Below are positions 63,356 to 64,000 of a DNA stretch of 64,000 bases, piece after piece. The DNA is from Coniocarpon cinnabarinum (lineage: Eukaryota). The translations under genes were made by a program, and so were the position numbers. The notes beneath the pieces are model-generated. The model searched no databases, was not told the DNA's origin, and saw only the letters and a program-made list of their open reading frames with translations. The stretch covers positions 1-64,000 of the forward strand of contig JAVECO010000021.1 in NCBI GenBank assembly GCA_051942205.1, in the 5' to 3' direction. Position 1 is the first letter of the stretch, and every line of letters begins with the position of its first letter.

Positions 63356-64000
63356 ATGTCTCCAACAGCATTCCCAACGTTGCCTTTGGAGATCTGGCTT
63401 GCAATTGCGGCAAAGCTACCGGTTTCCGGAGAGGCCAGTCTCGCTCTTACTTGTCACCGATTCAAAAGTCTCTTACTCGGCGATGCCATCAACGACCTGA
63501 ACAATGATCCAGTCGAGAAATTGAAGCTGTTACAACTCTTAGACACCAATTTCCCACAGCATTATCTCTGCGGTACATGCTACAAATACCATCCCAGAGC
63601 ACACCCGCAGAAGTGCTCGAATCGAGCGGCAATTGTTCCCACTTTCCTTCATTTAGAGTTCAGAGACGTTCAATCGCACCTTCGCAATCAGCGACTCGGG
63701 TCAAAATATGGAAACCCCATGTCACTTCGAGTCAGTCGTTTTGATCCCAATTTTCCAGTGGGTTGCTGGTACTCCTTCAAGACTCGCGTTGTGGGAGGTC
63801 ATCTGCTTCTGCGCATCGTGAGCGAAAACATAATAAATGATATGACTGAGATCCAATGGGATTCTCGTGTACAATGGCTGACACAATGCACTCATTATTA
63901 TGACGAGATTGAGCACCTCTGTCAGTGTGCCGTCAGTCATACGCGTGCTTCGTCACCAAAGATTACTTCTGTCTTTCGCAGAGAAGTCATGCAGTGCGCG
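63356..64000 (+). CDS. F-box domain protein (3' end outside the window)
   Basis: Not in the ORF track because no stop is reached; own translation gives MSPTAFPTLPLEIWLAIAAKLP...ASLALTCHRF...LLQLLD..FP.HYLCGTCYKYH, open to 64000. Confidence 0.75.
   Translation, partial: MSPTAFPTLPLEIWLAIAAKLPVSGEASLALTCHRFKSLLLGDAINDLNNDPVEKLKLLQLLDTNFPQHYLCGTCYKYHPRAHPQKCSNRAAIVPTFLHLEFRDVQSHLRNQRLGSKYGNPMSLRVSRFDPNFPVGCWYSFKTRVVGGHLLLRIVSENIINDMTEIQWDSRVQWLTQCTHYYDEIEHLCQCAVSHTRASSPKITSVFRREVMQCA

Noticed and set aside
1..64000. CRISPR arrays, rRNA, tRNA
   Set aside because: No repeat-spacer structure or RNA gene signature seen by eye; tRNAscan-SE/Infernal would be needed to exclude small RNAs.

Overview
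Eukaryotic, intron-containing DNA from a filamentous ascomycete (Pezizomycotina; exact taxon not determinable). About 24 protein-coding genes can be modelled by splicing the ORF track at short introns (all GT donors except one GC). In order: DUF2461 protein, TYW3, NimA kinase, ankyrin-BTB protein, secreted GMC oxidoreductase, aspartic-protease-fold membrane protein, fasciclin, thaumatin-like protein, MCT-type MFS, pathogen-related protein, Pcl5-like cyclin, Rab escort protein, RRP43, MetX-like hydrolase, DHA2 MFS, small membrane protein, FAD-linked (BBE/AA7-like) oxidase, Ctr copper transporter, ferric/cupric reductase, X325/BIM1-like protein, lipase-like hydrolase, Dbf2/Sid2 kinase, lysophospholipase, and an F-box gene running off the end. 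The most notable structure is a contiguous three-gene candidate copper-acquisition locus at 50.5-55.8 kb. It comprises a Ctr transporter divergent from a reductase with a Met/His-rich N-terminus, followed by a GPI-anchored His-brace X325/BIM1-like gene that only appears after splicing a GC-donor intron. Two stretches (1-4 kb and 14.7-22 kb) contain no recognisable gene. No rRNA, tRNA, CRISPR array or intact transposon was seen. All product calls come from recognising motifs by eye, and all splice models are manual; no database searches were run.
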